Origin: Guillardia theta CCMP2712 | Taxonomy: Eukaryota; Protista; Cryptophyta | Direction of reading: 5' to 3' | DNA: 64,000 nucleotides | NCBI RefSeq assembly: GCF_000315625.1 | Contig: NW_005434623.1 | Coordinates: forward strand, 146,535 to 210,534 | Shown here: positions 46,100-59,140 of the stretch, in pieces | Layout: each line of letters opens with the position of its first letter | Position numbering within the stretch: position 1 is the stretch's first letter | Translations under genes and position numbers: made by a program | The notes under the pieces: model-generated | What the model saw: only the letters and a program-made list of their open reading frames with translations | What the model was told of the DNA's origin: nothing | The model's database searches: none

Positions 46100-47498
46100 A
46101 TGGCGCAGAACAAGTTGTCCAAGGAGCTTCGTGGGCTTCGCAATGATCCGATACCGCAGGTATGGCAGACGTGGGAGGCAAGAGATGCAGGATGGAACGA
46201 ACATGCAAGATGGTCTATGGAAGATACTCGATAGACAGATGTATGATGGGCTAGATTGTGACATGCATGTTTGCATGAAAGTTCATGGATGGGATGAAGG
46301 TTGGGGAAAATGATTGAATTTCAAGGAATGATAGTGTGCAGAAGGAAGAATTGAAAGCATAAGGGGAAATTCAGAACGCAGAGCTGCAGATTTTCTTGCT
46401 GATCACGGTTGTAAAGCCGTAGCTCGATGATGGAATCCTGTGGCTCCATGGCAGAGTAGAACATCGAAATAGGCGCTAGAAAAGCATGCAAGCCTCTTAC
46501 AAGATAGAACATGATGTATTCTTTGCAGGGTGATGCTCAGCCGAAAGGAGAGAATATTTATGAATGGGAAGGCTTCGTTAATGGACCGGTGAATTGTTCG
46601 ATCCGATGTCATACCTACTGACTATACCCTTTCTGTTTTTCAGGAGGGGACGCCTTATGAAGGAGGACGATTCAAGGTTGTCGAGACTTTGATATCAAGG
46701 CGTCACTGACACTATGCCAGTTCGAAATGAAATTTCCTGCTGAATATCCATTTAAGCCGCCCAAACTAAACTTCACAACCAAAGTCCTTCATCCAAATAT
46801 TACGGATGATGGAAAGGTTGATTGATTGTTTGTGTATGTTTGCGTGTGCATCTGCCTGCAAGTATGCAAATGAGCTTCTTTGTCATGTGATCTGTCTTGA
46901 TTAGAAGACGAGGGTTAAAAATGTTCTGTTTGATTTCAGAAACTGCTTCACGATTGCTTTGCAATGCCAGATGTTGAGATAACACTCAGCACGCGATATC
47001 AAATTCGGCATGTTAGTCATTGACTGTGCATTCCAGGTTTGTCTTGATGTTATTTCGGAAGGATGGAACCCAGCAGTTTCTTTAAGACAGGTGTCTCCTG
47101 TCTCTGATTTTTGACAGTAATCTCGGTGTGTAACGCGGACTTTTCGATCAGATTATTTTATCTTTGCACACATTATTTACGGATCCAAACCCCTCGAATC
47201 CTTTAGTTCCCGAGGTCAAACAAGACTTTCCTTGTTCTTATCTCTTCTCATCCTCTTTCAGGTGGCGAAACTCTATGCAGATGACCGAGAGGCTTTCAAC
47301 GCAAAGGTGTGATCTAGCCTTCTTCTTGGGTTGCTCTTGTCCTCATTGCTACGACATCCGTCGACTGCATTGACTGCACCTCTGTCTCACATGTTTCTTG
47401 CATTTTGTAATTTGCATGATCTCCCTTGACTCATCTTGCCGGACGATTGATCATGGCGGTGGCAGGTGCGTCAGTGGGTACAGGATTACGCGCAATGA
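46100..47498 (+). CDS. UBC: ubiquitin-conjugating enzyme E2 (UBC4/5-like), 8 exons
   Basis: [13 protein letters not shown]..[65 protein letters not shown]..[39 protein letters not shown] motif and catalytic Cys present. Confidence 0.95.
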
Positions 47499-47543
47499 GT
47501 CGTTGAATACTTCAGTAAATAAACTACACGAAACACTATAACA

Positions 47544-49232
47544 TCACAGGAGAACAGGGAGACGCACCTCTGGGGACAGGTGGGAAGGGAGAGGGCGATG
47601 AGGGTAATTTCCTAGCTGTTGTCTTGAGATGGATGTGGTGGACTGCAACCAGGCAGGCTGCTGCGCTCCGAACACTCCTCTGCTCCTGCCTCCTCCGAGC
47701 TCCGGCGCCGAGTCCCGAGGAGAGACGTAGTAGTTGGGTTTCAAATTGTCAGACCCGAACCCCAAGGCAGGAGCCCCGGCATCAGTTTGCATGCGATTTC
47801 CGCTGCGAAATCGTTGAACCTGGGATCATGATGAGTAACCAGAAGAAGCTCTAGCTCACACCAGCAAATCAGATCACCATGTTCTGTGCACGGAGAGCCG
47901 GTTCTTCCAGCAGGTTCTTGACAGGGTGGGCTGACGCCGCCATGATTGTCAGTTCCGATCCCGGGCCCTCGTCAACCACTCACGTCTCTCCCGCCACCGG
48001 CGATCGAACGCTCTGTCGATGCTGAGCTCAGGCTCTGGCCTGCTGTCACGTATGGGTTGATACGTCCAGAACTCTCTGTCGTTCTCGAAGCTCGGATTCT
48101 TGATGAACAGAGCGTTGTCTTTCTCCATCTGCAGACACTCATGAGAACCGCCGTTGACCTGACCCGTCTCTCCCCTCACCTGCTGCAGGAGGCTAAAACC
48201 ATCCACGTTGCTCATCCTGCTGTGATCCAGCCTTGATCGGGCGTCTTGTCTGCCGGGAGACGAACCGGCCATGAGCGTGCTGTTCTCAGGGGGCCGGTTG
48301 CTCGCAGCCATCCTGTGATGCTCTGCCCGGTTAACGTGCTCGTCTCTGTACATGCTCAGTGTCGGAGCCTGATGAAACAGCTCCTGAGGATGATGAGAGT
48401 TCTCTTTGTGATCAAAGGAAGAAGAGACATTCTCTCTCCTGGGCTCGTCGAGACTTGAAGCTTCTCTGTAGCTGGGCGTGACCTCTCTGACCTCCGACCT
48501 TCTCGAGTACACCGAGGAGCTGGAGGAGCCCGTGACATGCTTGAAGAGCTCGTCATGAGGAGTGATATGCCTCAACGGATCCTCTTGCGGGGGCGTGTAA
48601 AAGGTTTGATCATACACACCTGCTCTCTCCTCGCGAAGAGGTGGAGTGGACGTGAGATATCTCCCAGCGGTATCCCGGAAGACAGACCCTCGTTCCTGCC
48701 GGCTGATCTTGTGCAGCACATCTCCCTCGAACCTGCCATATCCAAACCCGTCGTTGGACACGAGTCCTGAGCCGGTCAGCCCACTGGAGGGCTCGGGGCG
48801 AATGTTGCACCTCCTGCCGACCTTCTTCTCTTGCGGGCTGGTGTGATCGGAGAAGCTCAGGAATCTCGGGGAGTTGGCCGGCAGGTTAGGAGGGACAGTC
48901 AAGTAGGAGCCGTGCGCCTTGTCCGCCCTCTGGGCCTCCTGCCTCGGAATCAGCCCGGCTGCTAGACTCTCCTGCGGGCGTTCACACATGGCCTTCCCCC
49001 CCTTCGTCTCCCTGTGATCCTCCCCCATGGCTCGTTCCAGCTTCTCCCTCAGTCTCTGCAGTTTGGAGGGCCCATTGTGCGAGCTATCAGACTCCCTGGG
49101 CTTGTCAAGGATCCGAAGTTTCTGCTTCCATGCTAAGTCAGATGACACTGTAATCCCCGTGATGCGAGGAGCTGAAGTCCAGCTATCTCCAGCCCATGCT
49201 CGCTCCTTGGTTCCATACGCATCCACGGCCAT
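47544..49232 (-). CDS. hypothetical low-complexity protein
   Basis: 427-aa ORF 47949-49232 plus downstream coding-like exons ending VRLPVLL*. No domain recognised. Confidence 0.55.
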
Positions 49233-49899
49233 GCTGCGTTACGATGCGAGGCTCCTGTTTATCATCTGGGTCGAAAATGATTACATCAAAAGTTGAAAGA
49301 AGGAGGAAGAGGGAGGGAGGGAGGGAGGGTAAGTGTGGGGGGAAATGTAGTTGGACAGGGACACATTGCAGATTGGGTGGAAGGGGGTAGGGACATTAGT
49401 AGCATCAACAATGTTTTCTCCTTCTCTAAAAGAGTCTCGTCTACATCGAGTTCCTCCTACAATCAGTACACACGGACTGGGATAACCTGATTCAACGAGA
49501 CCAGCACCCTGTCATCAGCATTCCTCCGTTTTACCTTCGTCTGAACACTTCCTGGTACCTCAGATGCTGCGGCACATCTTCACTAGCGTACCTCACACGG
49601 ACTATACCCTTCGTCTGTTGAGACCATTGCTTCCAACAATCCGGTGCCTCATTCACAGAGATCATGAAAAATTCCTGTTGAACTGAGAGGAACAAACTTG
49701 GCATCTATCCTCCTTTCTTTCCCACTTCTCATCCCACACTTAGACCACAATGCTCTCTTCGTCTTCGTCCTCGTCTTTCTCCTCCTCCTCCCTGTTCCCT
49801 CTCTGCACACCTTCTCCCCTATTACAACCGAAGCCATTCCATGGACCTATAAAACCTATTCTTTATACACGCTTATACACTTTATACCGGTGGCATACC

Positions 49900-50360
49900 G
49901 TGAAACTTGCCGGGCCGCCCGGCCGGCGCCCGGCGGCCCCGGGCCCCGTCAGCCTGATCGGACTCAGTGAGCCTCGGAGTCAAGTCCGCGGCCCGGCCGG
50001 GCCCGGGGTCCGGTCCGATCACGCAGCCGCCGCCGCACTGCATGTGCCGGTCACCGGGTGGCTCCGAGTCACCGGCGTAGTACGGTGACGGTGCCACAGT
50101 GGACTGACTCTGAAGGCTCCCGGGGAGCCGGGAACCGTTAAGCAGGGCCCGGGGCCTGCCCGGCCCGGCCTGCGCTGAGCGCGGCCGCCGGGCGGCGCTG
50201 GGGGCCGGGGCCGCTGAGTACGCCCGGCCGTCATCCGGTACGGTACTAACAGGCCGTTAGTAGCCTAGTATTGCTATGGGGCGCTAGTACAGTACTTCCC
50301 GGAGTCCTAAGCCTTAGTTAAGTTCCGAAGTTCCGCCGCCGATACGGTTCCGACTGACTT
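49900..50360. other. GC-rich palindromic-word intergenic island
   Basis: GGCCCGG, GGACTCAGTGAG, GTACGGTAC and AAGTTCCG words. Confidence 0.7.
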
Positions 50361-50554
50361 GGAGTCAACTTTTGACCCGCATAACCTCTTACATCCCTCG
50401 GACGATCATCATCATGGCATGGCATTGCAGGCTACCCGGAGGTGCTCAAAACTAACTTGGAAAGGGAAGATGCAAGGCTCAGAACAGTTCAGAACCTTCC
50501 GAGCACTGCATGTGATAGTACAAACTACAGGCCGCCGCAGTAGTATCATAGTGG

Positions 50555-51402
50555 TCACTCTGTACCGTTCTGCTTGAAGTAAAAACGATAGTTGTCAGGT
50601 GTCACGTCGGTCGTCTCCCATCCAAGGTTGCGAAGGTACTTGGCGTACCAGTTGATCCTCTTGGCATTCACTCCGAAGTCAAGGAAACCGGCGCGGCTGT
50701 AGCAACCTAGTCAGCCAACATCATGGTTCAAACAGTGCAAACAAATCACCTTGCAGATCGAACATTCACAGACTTAGTCTCGGGATCCATCAAGAACTCA
50801 AGATCGTCAAGATAACCAATCTTGCCGCTTTCATACTGCACATAGATGTATCTATCATCATTCCTGACAAGCTTCCACCCTCCTGCATCAATGTTTGCCT
50901 GCCCTGGCGGATACGCCTTTACAGCAGCAAGCAGCTCGTTCATGGCTTCCTTCTCATCCTTGTTGTACTTGAATGGTTTGTAGTAGTGGTCCCGGTCCTT
51001 CTTGGGGTCTATGAAGGAGCTGAAGCAATTCGGAGCAGGCCGAGCAGCTTTGAAGGGTGGGGGGCAGCCCTTGAGGGCGGTACCTTCCCCCACCCCCTCC
51101 GGCACAGCTGTTCGTGCTCCATAGGGAACCCCATCCAGCTCCGGTCGGAGATCCACGATCCTGTTCTCGAAGGCGAAGGCAGGGAGGGCTACTCCCCCAG
51201 TGAGCAGCAGAGCTCTTCTGCTCCACTGCATTGCCTTGCTGTTCGACTGCATCTGACAGGAGAGAACAGATGGAGTGAGCGATCGAGAACTTGTGGCAGC
51301 ACCAGATGTATGCGTGAATGAGTTCAGAGCTGCATGCTGGTGGAAGGCAGAAGCGCTGCCGGCGCATAGAAGCATCGCTACAGTACCGAGCATTGTCGAC
51401 AT
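50555..51402 (-). CDS. DUF1499 family thylakoid-lumen protein, plastid-targeted
   Basis: Signal + ASA-F, transit peptide, twin-Arg lumen signal SRRALLL..ALPAFA. CP..PNCFSS, YIYVQYES..GYLDDLEF..VNVRSA-SRAGFLDFGVNAKRI (one intron near 50700-50750). Confidence 0.85.
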
Positions 51403-51429
51403 GGCGCCCGACTGCGGATCAGGTTCAGT

Positions 51430-52200
51430 CCTATGGAAGCGGGGGTAGGGTGAGCATACCGTGGGCAACATGGCTGGGAGATGTGAATAGTGGGGTAGGG
51501 GAGACACAGACGGGTCCTTGCCTAATAGATTTTTGATTAGAATAACGGGGTCAATATAGTTCAAGGACTTATTTGAAGGGGTAGGGCACGAGTGTGGGTA
51601 AACATTCCCTGCAGGGGGGGTCATCTTTTCCGGGGTGGGACATGGGGAGGGTGGTCATTGGCTGCTGAGGCAGGCTTGTTTTTCTCTCTGCCTTATGTGT
51701 AGAAGACGCAGAAAGGTTGGCGGGTGAAAAATCAGGTAGGTGTGAAATTGGGTGGATCCAGGGGGGTGGTAATAGGTACCAGGGGGTAGGGTGGGACATG
51801 CAAAGGGGGGGGCGCAATACACCCCCGAAAGCTCGGATATTTATAAGGGTTGCACCATAGGGTGAGGGGTAGTGGTGGGATGGCAGGGGTCCATATACCT
51901 TACGTCTCCAGGGGTAGGCCAAAACTTGTGGTATTCAGGGTGCTATGTTGGGGTATTCCACTTGATGGGGGTGGGTGGATCCGCCAACTACCACATGTAA
52001 AGGGGAAGATGATCACGCTGACATGAGAACACACAGGGAGAAGCGAGAGAGGAGGGAGGGAGCAGGATGAGGAGGGAGGAGGGGAGAAGAACAGAGAGCT
52101 CGATGGAGGATGATGATAGGGAGGGAGCAGAGACGATGCAGGAGGCCAAGCAGTAAGGAAGTGAGGCCAAATCTGATGATCAAGTTGCGAGGGGTAGGGC
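51430..52200. promoter_or_regulatory. candidate bidirectional promoter rich in GGGGTAGG(G)
   Basis: About 6 GGGGTAGG copies (near 51441, 51492, 51577, 51782, 51910, 52190) between divergent DUF1499 and APE1 genes. Confidence 0.4.
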
Positions 52201-52392
52201 ATACTCGGGCCTGTACGATGGCGAGGTTTGGCTGATGAACTAGGGGTTGCAGGATGACAGCTGGCAAGAATGTAGACGTGAGAGGAGGAAGAAGATGCGA
52301 GATGAGATCAAAGAAGCGAATGTGCAGCAAGGGAAGCAGCTTGGACATGGGCCGATGGATGGCTCCACAGCCCAAAATAACACTGTTGACAG

Positions 52393-53970
52393 ATGTACTT
52401 GAAGAGCCTGTTTGTGCTTATGGCAACTCCCATGGTTCTCGGATTCTCTCCGAGCCTTTCCCTCCAGTCTGGAAGGTTGGCTCATCGCTTCTCCTCCCTC
52501 CAGTCTCACACAGCTCCTAGCAGACTTGCGATGAAACCATCGGCCAGCCCTCGCTCCTCCATCTTCAGCGCTAGGCAGAGACCGAGCAGGGCAGCCGCGC
52601 TCTCCCTGCGCGCACAGCAAGGACCACGGTTAGTCACTTGGTCCGCAGCTGTGCCATCCAAGTGCTGACCTTGCAGCAGGGAGGATGGGTTGTCACCGCT
52701 GACAGGAGGAGGATTCAGCAACAAGGGAGAGCCTACTGTTCAGATCCGCGGCTTCTCGCTTGCCAACTTGACTCTGGGCCTCGGAATCTTCATTACGCTC
52801 TTCTCCTTCTACCAGTACTTCACCAACCAGAACTCCCTCACCTCCCTTGGCTTCGTCTACGGCCTTCCCATCGCCCTGGGAGGGTTTGCCCTCAAGTATG
52901 CCGAGATCCTGCCTGTGGATGTTGACACAGACGAGAGAGGGTGAGGAGAGGAGGTGCGGGAGCGAGCGGGAAGAATACCTGATGACGTGGCAGCGAGGCG
53001 ATATTTGCAGAGAAGGCCAACGAGATCTTGAGAAAGGTTAGGGCGGACGTGACGAGGCATCGCTATGGAGACGACGCTCACCTCGATAGCTCGCTCGAGA
53101 AGCTTGTGTGTCTTTTTGTCTTCGCCCCGGCGCTTCTGCCCTCTGACTGGAACGCTCAGGGTCTGGTTGTGGAGGGCAAGGGGTTCCCCCAGATGCAGAA
53201 GATCGTTATCAAGAATGAAGGTGAGGGTCTGGTAGGTGAGTCGCTGCCCTTACAGCCGTGCAGGAGGCGAGCTTGCTTTCACCATGGTGTTCCAGAGCAA
53301 GGACACTCCCTACAAGGTGATGTCTGAGGGTTGAGAGAGAGGGAGCAGGCAGCAGGCAGCAGGCAGCAGGCAGCAGGCAGCAGGCAGCAGGCAGCAGGGA
53401 GCAGGGAGCAGGGAGCAGCTGGGGAAGGGATGGAATGTTGAGAAGGGGGGTGGGGAGGGAGGATGTGCTATAAGGAGCTTTGCACATCCTTGCGCGACTT
53501 CGTTGCTGACATGAAGGGAAAGACCTGGGCAGATCCAGTCCGCGTGAAGCGTTACGAGACTTTCTTTGGAGGAGACGTGAATGCAGAGGTTGCCATGGTG
53601 GAGGAGTGAGAAATGGCGCTAACATGTCGTTAGGTTATCAAGGTCAGCAAGGAGGAGCGCCTGGTCGCTATCAAGCTCACCACTGGTAGGCGCGGAGGAA
53701 GAGGGGGGGGAGGGGAAGGGGGAGGGGAAGGGGGAGGGGAAGGGACAGAGGGGAAGACGGAAAGGTGGATGGCCTGTTGACGTTGGCGGTTGCAGGAGAG
53801 CGCAAGAGAGGGAAGGGAACGATTGATTCCGATACCGGAGTGTCAGCAGGAGGAGCGATGCGCATGGAGGTCTGCGGTGAGGAGGAGAAACATCGGATGG
53901 TTGACGCTTTCCGCAGGCCTCTCCGCAAGATGACAAGGAGGACAAGGTCAAGAAGCAGATGGAGGTCTAA
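52393..53970 (+). CDS. APE1: APE1/slr0575-like thylakoid membrane protein (DUF2854), plastid-targeted, multi-exon
   Basis: Signal ..PMVLG-F; [21 protein letters not shown]; [23 protein letters not shown]; YETFFGGDV. Confidence 0.82.
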
Positions 53971-54059
53971 ACATGTTGGAAGGGATTGCATACAAACTTG
54001 TTCACATCACACCATTTATACACACTTGTTCATCACAAACACATCGACACCGACTTGCT

Positions 54060-57000
54060 CATCGGTGCATCTCATTTGGGTTGACATGTTCGATGTTAAG
54101 TCGCTGTTGAGAGAAGCTCGTCGTAGAACCTCCAGATCTTCTCCTTGTCTTGGTTCTCGTAGAGAATCCCCCTTGCCTGCCACCAACCTTCAACAATGGG
54201 TTGTCTCCTTATCAATACTGCGTCGTCACTTGCACCACACTTTGTAACGTCTTTTTGTCCGCTCTGCTCTCATGGTTCTTTCCTCTCATACTCCTTGCCT
54301 TCTTCCCGCCTTCTCTTCTCTTCTTCTTCCCTCCTCCCCCTCCCCTCCCTCTCATCGATATCCTGTCCGTCTCATACTGCAAGCCCTCACTTCCTCCTTC
54401 CGTCTCTATCGCTCTCTCCTCTCACCTTCTGCATGTTGGGATCGATTCTCGGGATCACATTCCACAGCTGCATGTGCTTCAACCCTTCCTCCTGTCGGGA
54501 GAAGGCGAGCAGGAAACGAGTCCCTACCGCCAGTATCTGCAGCAAGTCTCGCGTCACTCCTCGTCCCTGCTCAGCTAGCAGCACCTGCTGCATGTACGAT
54601 CTGCTCTCATGCTTGCAAGCAGCATCGAGGAGGTCGATGAGGTACTCCATGATGGGGGTCGTCCTGAGCTGGTGCACCACGTTGGCGCTGGAGCAGATGA
54701 GCTCGCAGGTCTCGAGCACCTGAGGGGAAGGTGAGGAGGAGGAGGAGGCAGGGAGAGAGCAAGGACGTCGGTCTGAAGCTCCAAGTTCTCGATCTTGATA
54801 TGCCTGATGAGACGTGGAATGTCCGCTGCTCCCATTCTCGACCATTTCTCTTGCACTTGGCTATCTTGTGAGATCTGCGAGTGGGTGAGTTGCTTCAAGG
54901 AGAGTGTTGGTCGCCCCACATCAACAAGCATGTGGTGTAGAAGATGTTTGCAAGAGCAGTTTTCAAGTTCCAGAATGTCGATGATAAGCTTGACGATCCT
55001 TGAAAGATATCACAAACATGCACAGAACATGTTGCTGTTGTATCACCCTGAATCGAAGAATTCCGACCTTGTGTTGGGTCTTGAAGCAAGTTTCTCAAAC
55101 AGACGAATGCACTTTCGTTGCACCTCAAGCTTCTCATCGTCACAAGGGAATGTAAATACATCACGAGCTCACCTCAACGCTGAGCTGAACATCGTAGGGT
55201 GCAAGATGTTCTTTGAACACGGAGATGATTCTCGGAACAGCTCCAATGATAAGCACGTCCTCCACCCTGCATACGATCAAGAAGGGTCGCTAACAAGAGG
55301 ATGGAAAAGAGGAAGCAGAGGTGCATAGACAGAGAGAGGCGATGGCAGGAAGAGGAATCAAGGGGGAGAAGAAGAGAGGATGGAAAACACAGTGGGCGGA
55401 TGTGGAGCGAGAAGACGAGCTGGAAAACCGTTTCTGATCAGTCTCGCAGATTTGCGTGATGGAGCGAAGGTAGTTTATATCATCCTGCAACCAACGTTCT
55501 CAGCTCGCTGCTGCCCGACCAGACTCTCCTGCCTCTCCTCACCTCGTCTATCGGCACGCCCTCGTTGTGACGAGAAGAGAGCTGCAAGGCCAACGTTTTG
55601 ATGCATCCGATCTTGCAGCATGTTGGTCGTGACAGCGCACGCTCAGCCTCTGACAGACCTTGGACAAGAGGTTGCAAAGCGTGTCTCCTTCCTTTGTGAT
55701 GACCGTCATTGCTCTCAGCACCAGCGTCCGCACCTGCTCTGCTCGTCAGCCCCTCCTCGTCTTCAGGTTTGCATGACCGCAGGCTGCATGTCGAAGGACT
55801 TGAACAGCTCCAAGATCGGCTGTAGCGACTCCACCTTCCATCGTATCCCTGTGTCGAGCACGCGATTGAAGATGGACACCTGTATCAGGATGAAAGGAGG
55901 AAAATGTAGGCAGAGGAAGAGGAAGAGGAAGAGGAAGAGGAAGAGGGAGAGGAGAAAGATAAGGAAGAGGAAGACGACGAGGAGGAGTGGGATAAGGAGT
56001 GGGAGGAGGAGGGGGAGGAGGAGGGGGAGGAGGAGAGAGGAGGAATTGCAAAGAAGACTGCAGAAAGAAAGGGAAAGAAGTTGAGAGGAGAAGAGAGGGG
56101 AAGAGAGATGGATCGGAGGAGGCATACCAGAGTTTGAGCTGCCCTTGTACAAGCTTTCAGGTCGCCAGCAAGGCAGTAGCTGCACAGTCCGCGCAGGAAC
56201 TCCGGGCTGATTCTTTCACTGTGCTTGAGAGCATCTGACAGCAGCACAACATTGCAGACTTCAATCCCTGCTCGCTGCAGAGGACTCGCCGTTAGCAGCT
56301 GACTTGAACGCACCTCCACTACCTGCAGCTGCGCGTTCTTCGACCCTCTCATGCGGAAGATGAGGTCCAGCCCAGAGCTGAACTCCTCCCCAGTCCTCGA
56401 ATCCGTACCCTGCTCCCTCCTCTCAGTGCCACATCTCCTCCTCCTCCTCCTCCTCCTCCTCCTCCTCCTCCTCCTCCTCTTCCCCCTGCTCCTCCTTCGC
56501 TGCTCCCTGCTGCTTCTCCTGCTCCTGCATCTCACTTTCCACTTCACGAACTGCTTGCATGCTCCTTCGTTCTTCAGAAGCTGCCGTTACAGTCAGAGCC
56601 TCAGCACTTCCTGGAAGCCTCCAGCAGGACCTGGGCAAGAGCGTCGCAGGCTTCGCTCTTTCCCTTGCTGCTCTTGCACTTGAGGAGCAGGTCGATGGTG
56701 AACTGAACCCCCCCGGCCGAGAGGAAGAACTCGCGGTCCTCCTTGATGCAGCAGAAGGCTGGCGGATCATTCATTGACGATGAAACAGTTTGTGACAGTG
56801 GAGGAGGAGGGCACACAAGCAGATGCTAGAGCTCGAGAAGGAGACGTAGGTAAAAGGAGGAGGAAGAAGGAGAGAGGGAGGATGAAGTGGTGGTGGTGGT
56901 GGCGGACGAGCAAGCAGCAACCTGCTAGTGCGTTGCTCGCGTACTCCTGCGAGGTCGGGAAGTTGCTCAGGATCGCGACGTCACAGATGGCAGACACGCT

Positions 57001-59140
57001 AGGAGAAGGTCAGAGGAGGATCAAGAGCGATAGAGAGCTCACTTGCGGTGCTTGAGAGGCTTTAGATGAGGGACGGTTCTTTGCTGTAGCTCCTTCATAC
57101 CTCTTTCAGCTACACATACCTCAGCCCCGTCTCTCCTCACCCTCCGCTCGTTGATCTTGGTGCGGAGACTTGGAAAGCCTCGTCGTTGCCAGCTCATCTC
57201 ATCGGAGATCTTCACGGAATCAGACGGAGCTCACGCAAGCAACTTCAACGAACCTCCTCCTCCTCGTTGTTCGCCCCCCGCTTCTGCCTGCTCAGAAGAT
57301 TCTCCAGGAACTCGAGCTCCTCCTGCTCCTTCTTGTCAGTCGTTCTCCCTCATGTATGATGTGCCAACCTTTCTCGTCCCCCTCGCTGAGAGAGCAGGGT
57401 GGTTCACATTTCCTACAAGACTCTCAGCGCCAGACAAGCAGCTGACAGCGCGGGCACCTCCCGGGGAGCTAGTGAACTCAAGTTTCTTCCGCGAGCTTGT
57501 CTGCAGACTTTTCCTGCTGGTTCCCATGACGCTCTCATATGACAAGTTGGGTTTGAAGTCTTCGAGCCTGACGTAAAGGTCCTTCCAGCCCCATCATCTC
57601 TCCCGCGTCTCACCCTCAAACTTACCGTCACACCGCTCCCCTTGGCCTTGTGCTTCAGGGTGACGTATGGGTTTGGGCGAAAGGGATTGGCTTCCTTCCT
57701 TCTTGCTCGCATGCCTCGGGCTTGTCTTACTTCAGTCTTCCTCCTCCTTCCTCCTCCCCTCCCTGCCTTCCCGCCTCCTCCATTGCTATGTCAGTTGGAA
57801 AAAAGGGGAGGGCCTACTACCCAGCTTGATGACTTGCACGGAGGTAGCGGGGATGGCTGAGGTGATGGAAGGGAGAGAGGAGGAGAGAGAGGAGGAGAGA
57901 GGAGGAGAGAGGAGGAGAGAGGAGGAGAGAGGAGGAGAGAGGAGGAGAGAGGAGCAGGAGGATGGAAAGGCTGGCTGGTTGCCTGCAAGAGCACAGACAA
58001 CTTGTCGTTTGAACTGACGGATGGAAAGTACGACAGAGGGTGGGAAGGAAGTACATAGTGGGCGGAAGGCGAGGAAAGGATGGAAAGCATGCGATTCTCA
58101 TATCGTGGGCAGCGTGATGATGGTCATGCTGTTCCTTTGACCTCGTCTTCCATATACCACAGCCCCTCCCGCAGTCCCTCCCTCCCTCCTCCTTCCAACC
58201 TTCAGTTCGAACTCTTTCAAAGGAATCACACACAGCCTGTAATGTGACTGAGCAAGATACGGACTGGAAGACAAGCATCTGATTGTGTTTCTGTTTGTGC
58301 TGATCGTGATAGGAGGCCTCGTCTACCGTTGTCTCTTCGTTCCTGCGCGTTCGGTTCTGCATCGACCGGAAGCCATAATTCTGCACACTACACATGTCGA
58401 GGTGAATTGGAGCGATCTGTTGGCCTCATCGCATTTATTGCAAGACTTCTATGATGAAGGAGGCTGTGACTGTTATCAACTAGCTGATTTCTGCTTTCGT
58501 ATGCCATGGTAGAAAAAAAACAATTCTACCGCCTTGTTTGGTCTTCAGTGAAATTCGAAATAAATTTGCAATTTCGAGAAGCAATGTCTTTCTCTAGTCT
58601 TATACACAGGAGCATGTTCTCTTTCAATGTCAGTCAAGCGCAGGAGTGGAATAAACTCATTGTTGACACCATCGCACTCGATGGGATATTCCACCGCCAT
58701 GACAAGCTTGCGATCAAACCATGTTCGAGTCGATGTTAACACCATATTCTCCAACGAGCCAACTTTCGATGAAGCTACATTCTTTCTCATGTCCAAACAT
58801 TAGATGCCCGAAAAGTGGATCATCGATATTGTAGGAGGGTCGCCGCCCAGCTTGTTCAATGAACTGATTGCAATCATCACAACTTTGGTCCGGTTGACCT
58901 TGTCAATCACTGACGTTATCATAATCATCATGATAAACCACTGCAGCTCATCTTTGACTCTCTGCTGTATTGACGAGCATATGTTGCGGTATGATTCCTT
59001 TCCAATCCGATCGAAGCACTTGCTCTGGACTAGTTCGTCACCGGATCCGACTATTGACTTTCTAGTAGACCGACCCGCCCCACCACCCCTGGTCAACCTT
59101 CAGGTCATTCCTGTAGGGCAGGCTGATAGTGCTTGCAGCA
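54060..59140 (-). CDS. large multi-exon protein with armadillo/HEAT-like helical repeats; ends approximate
   Basis: Exons such as SQEYASNALA, FLSAGGVQFTIDLLL..ACDALAQVL, LQPILELFKS..VRTLVLRAMTVI and IMEYLIDLLDA, separated by CT/GA-rich introns. Confidence 0.45.
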
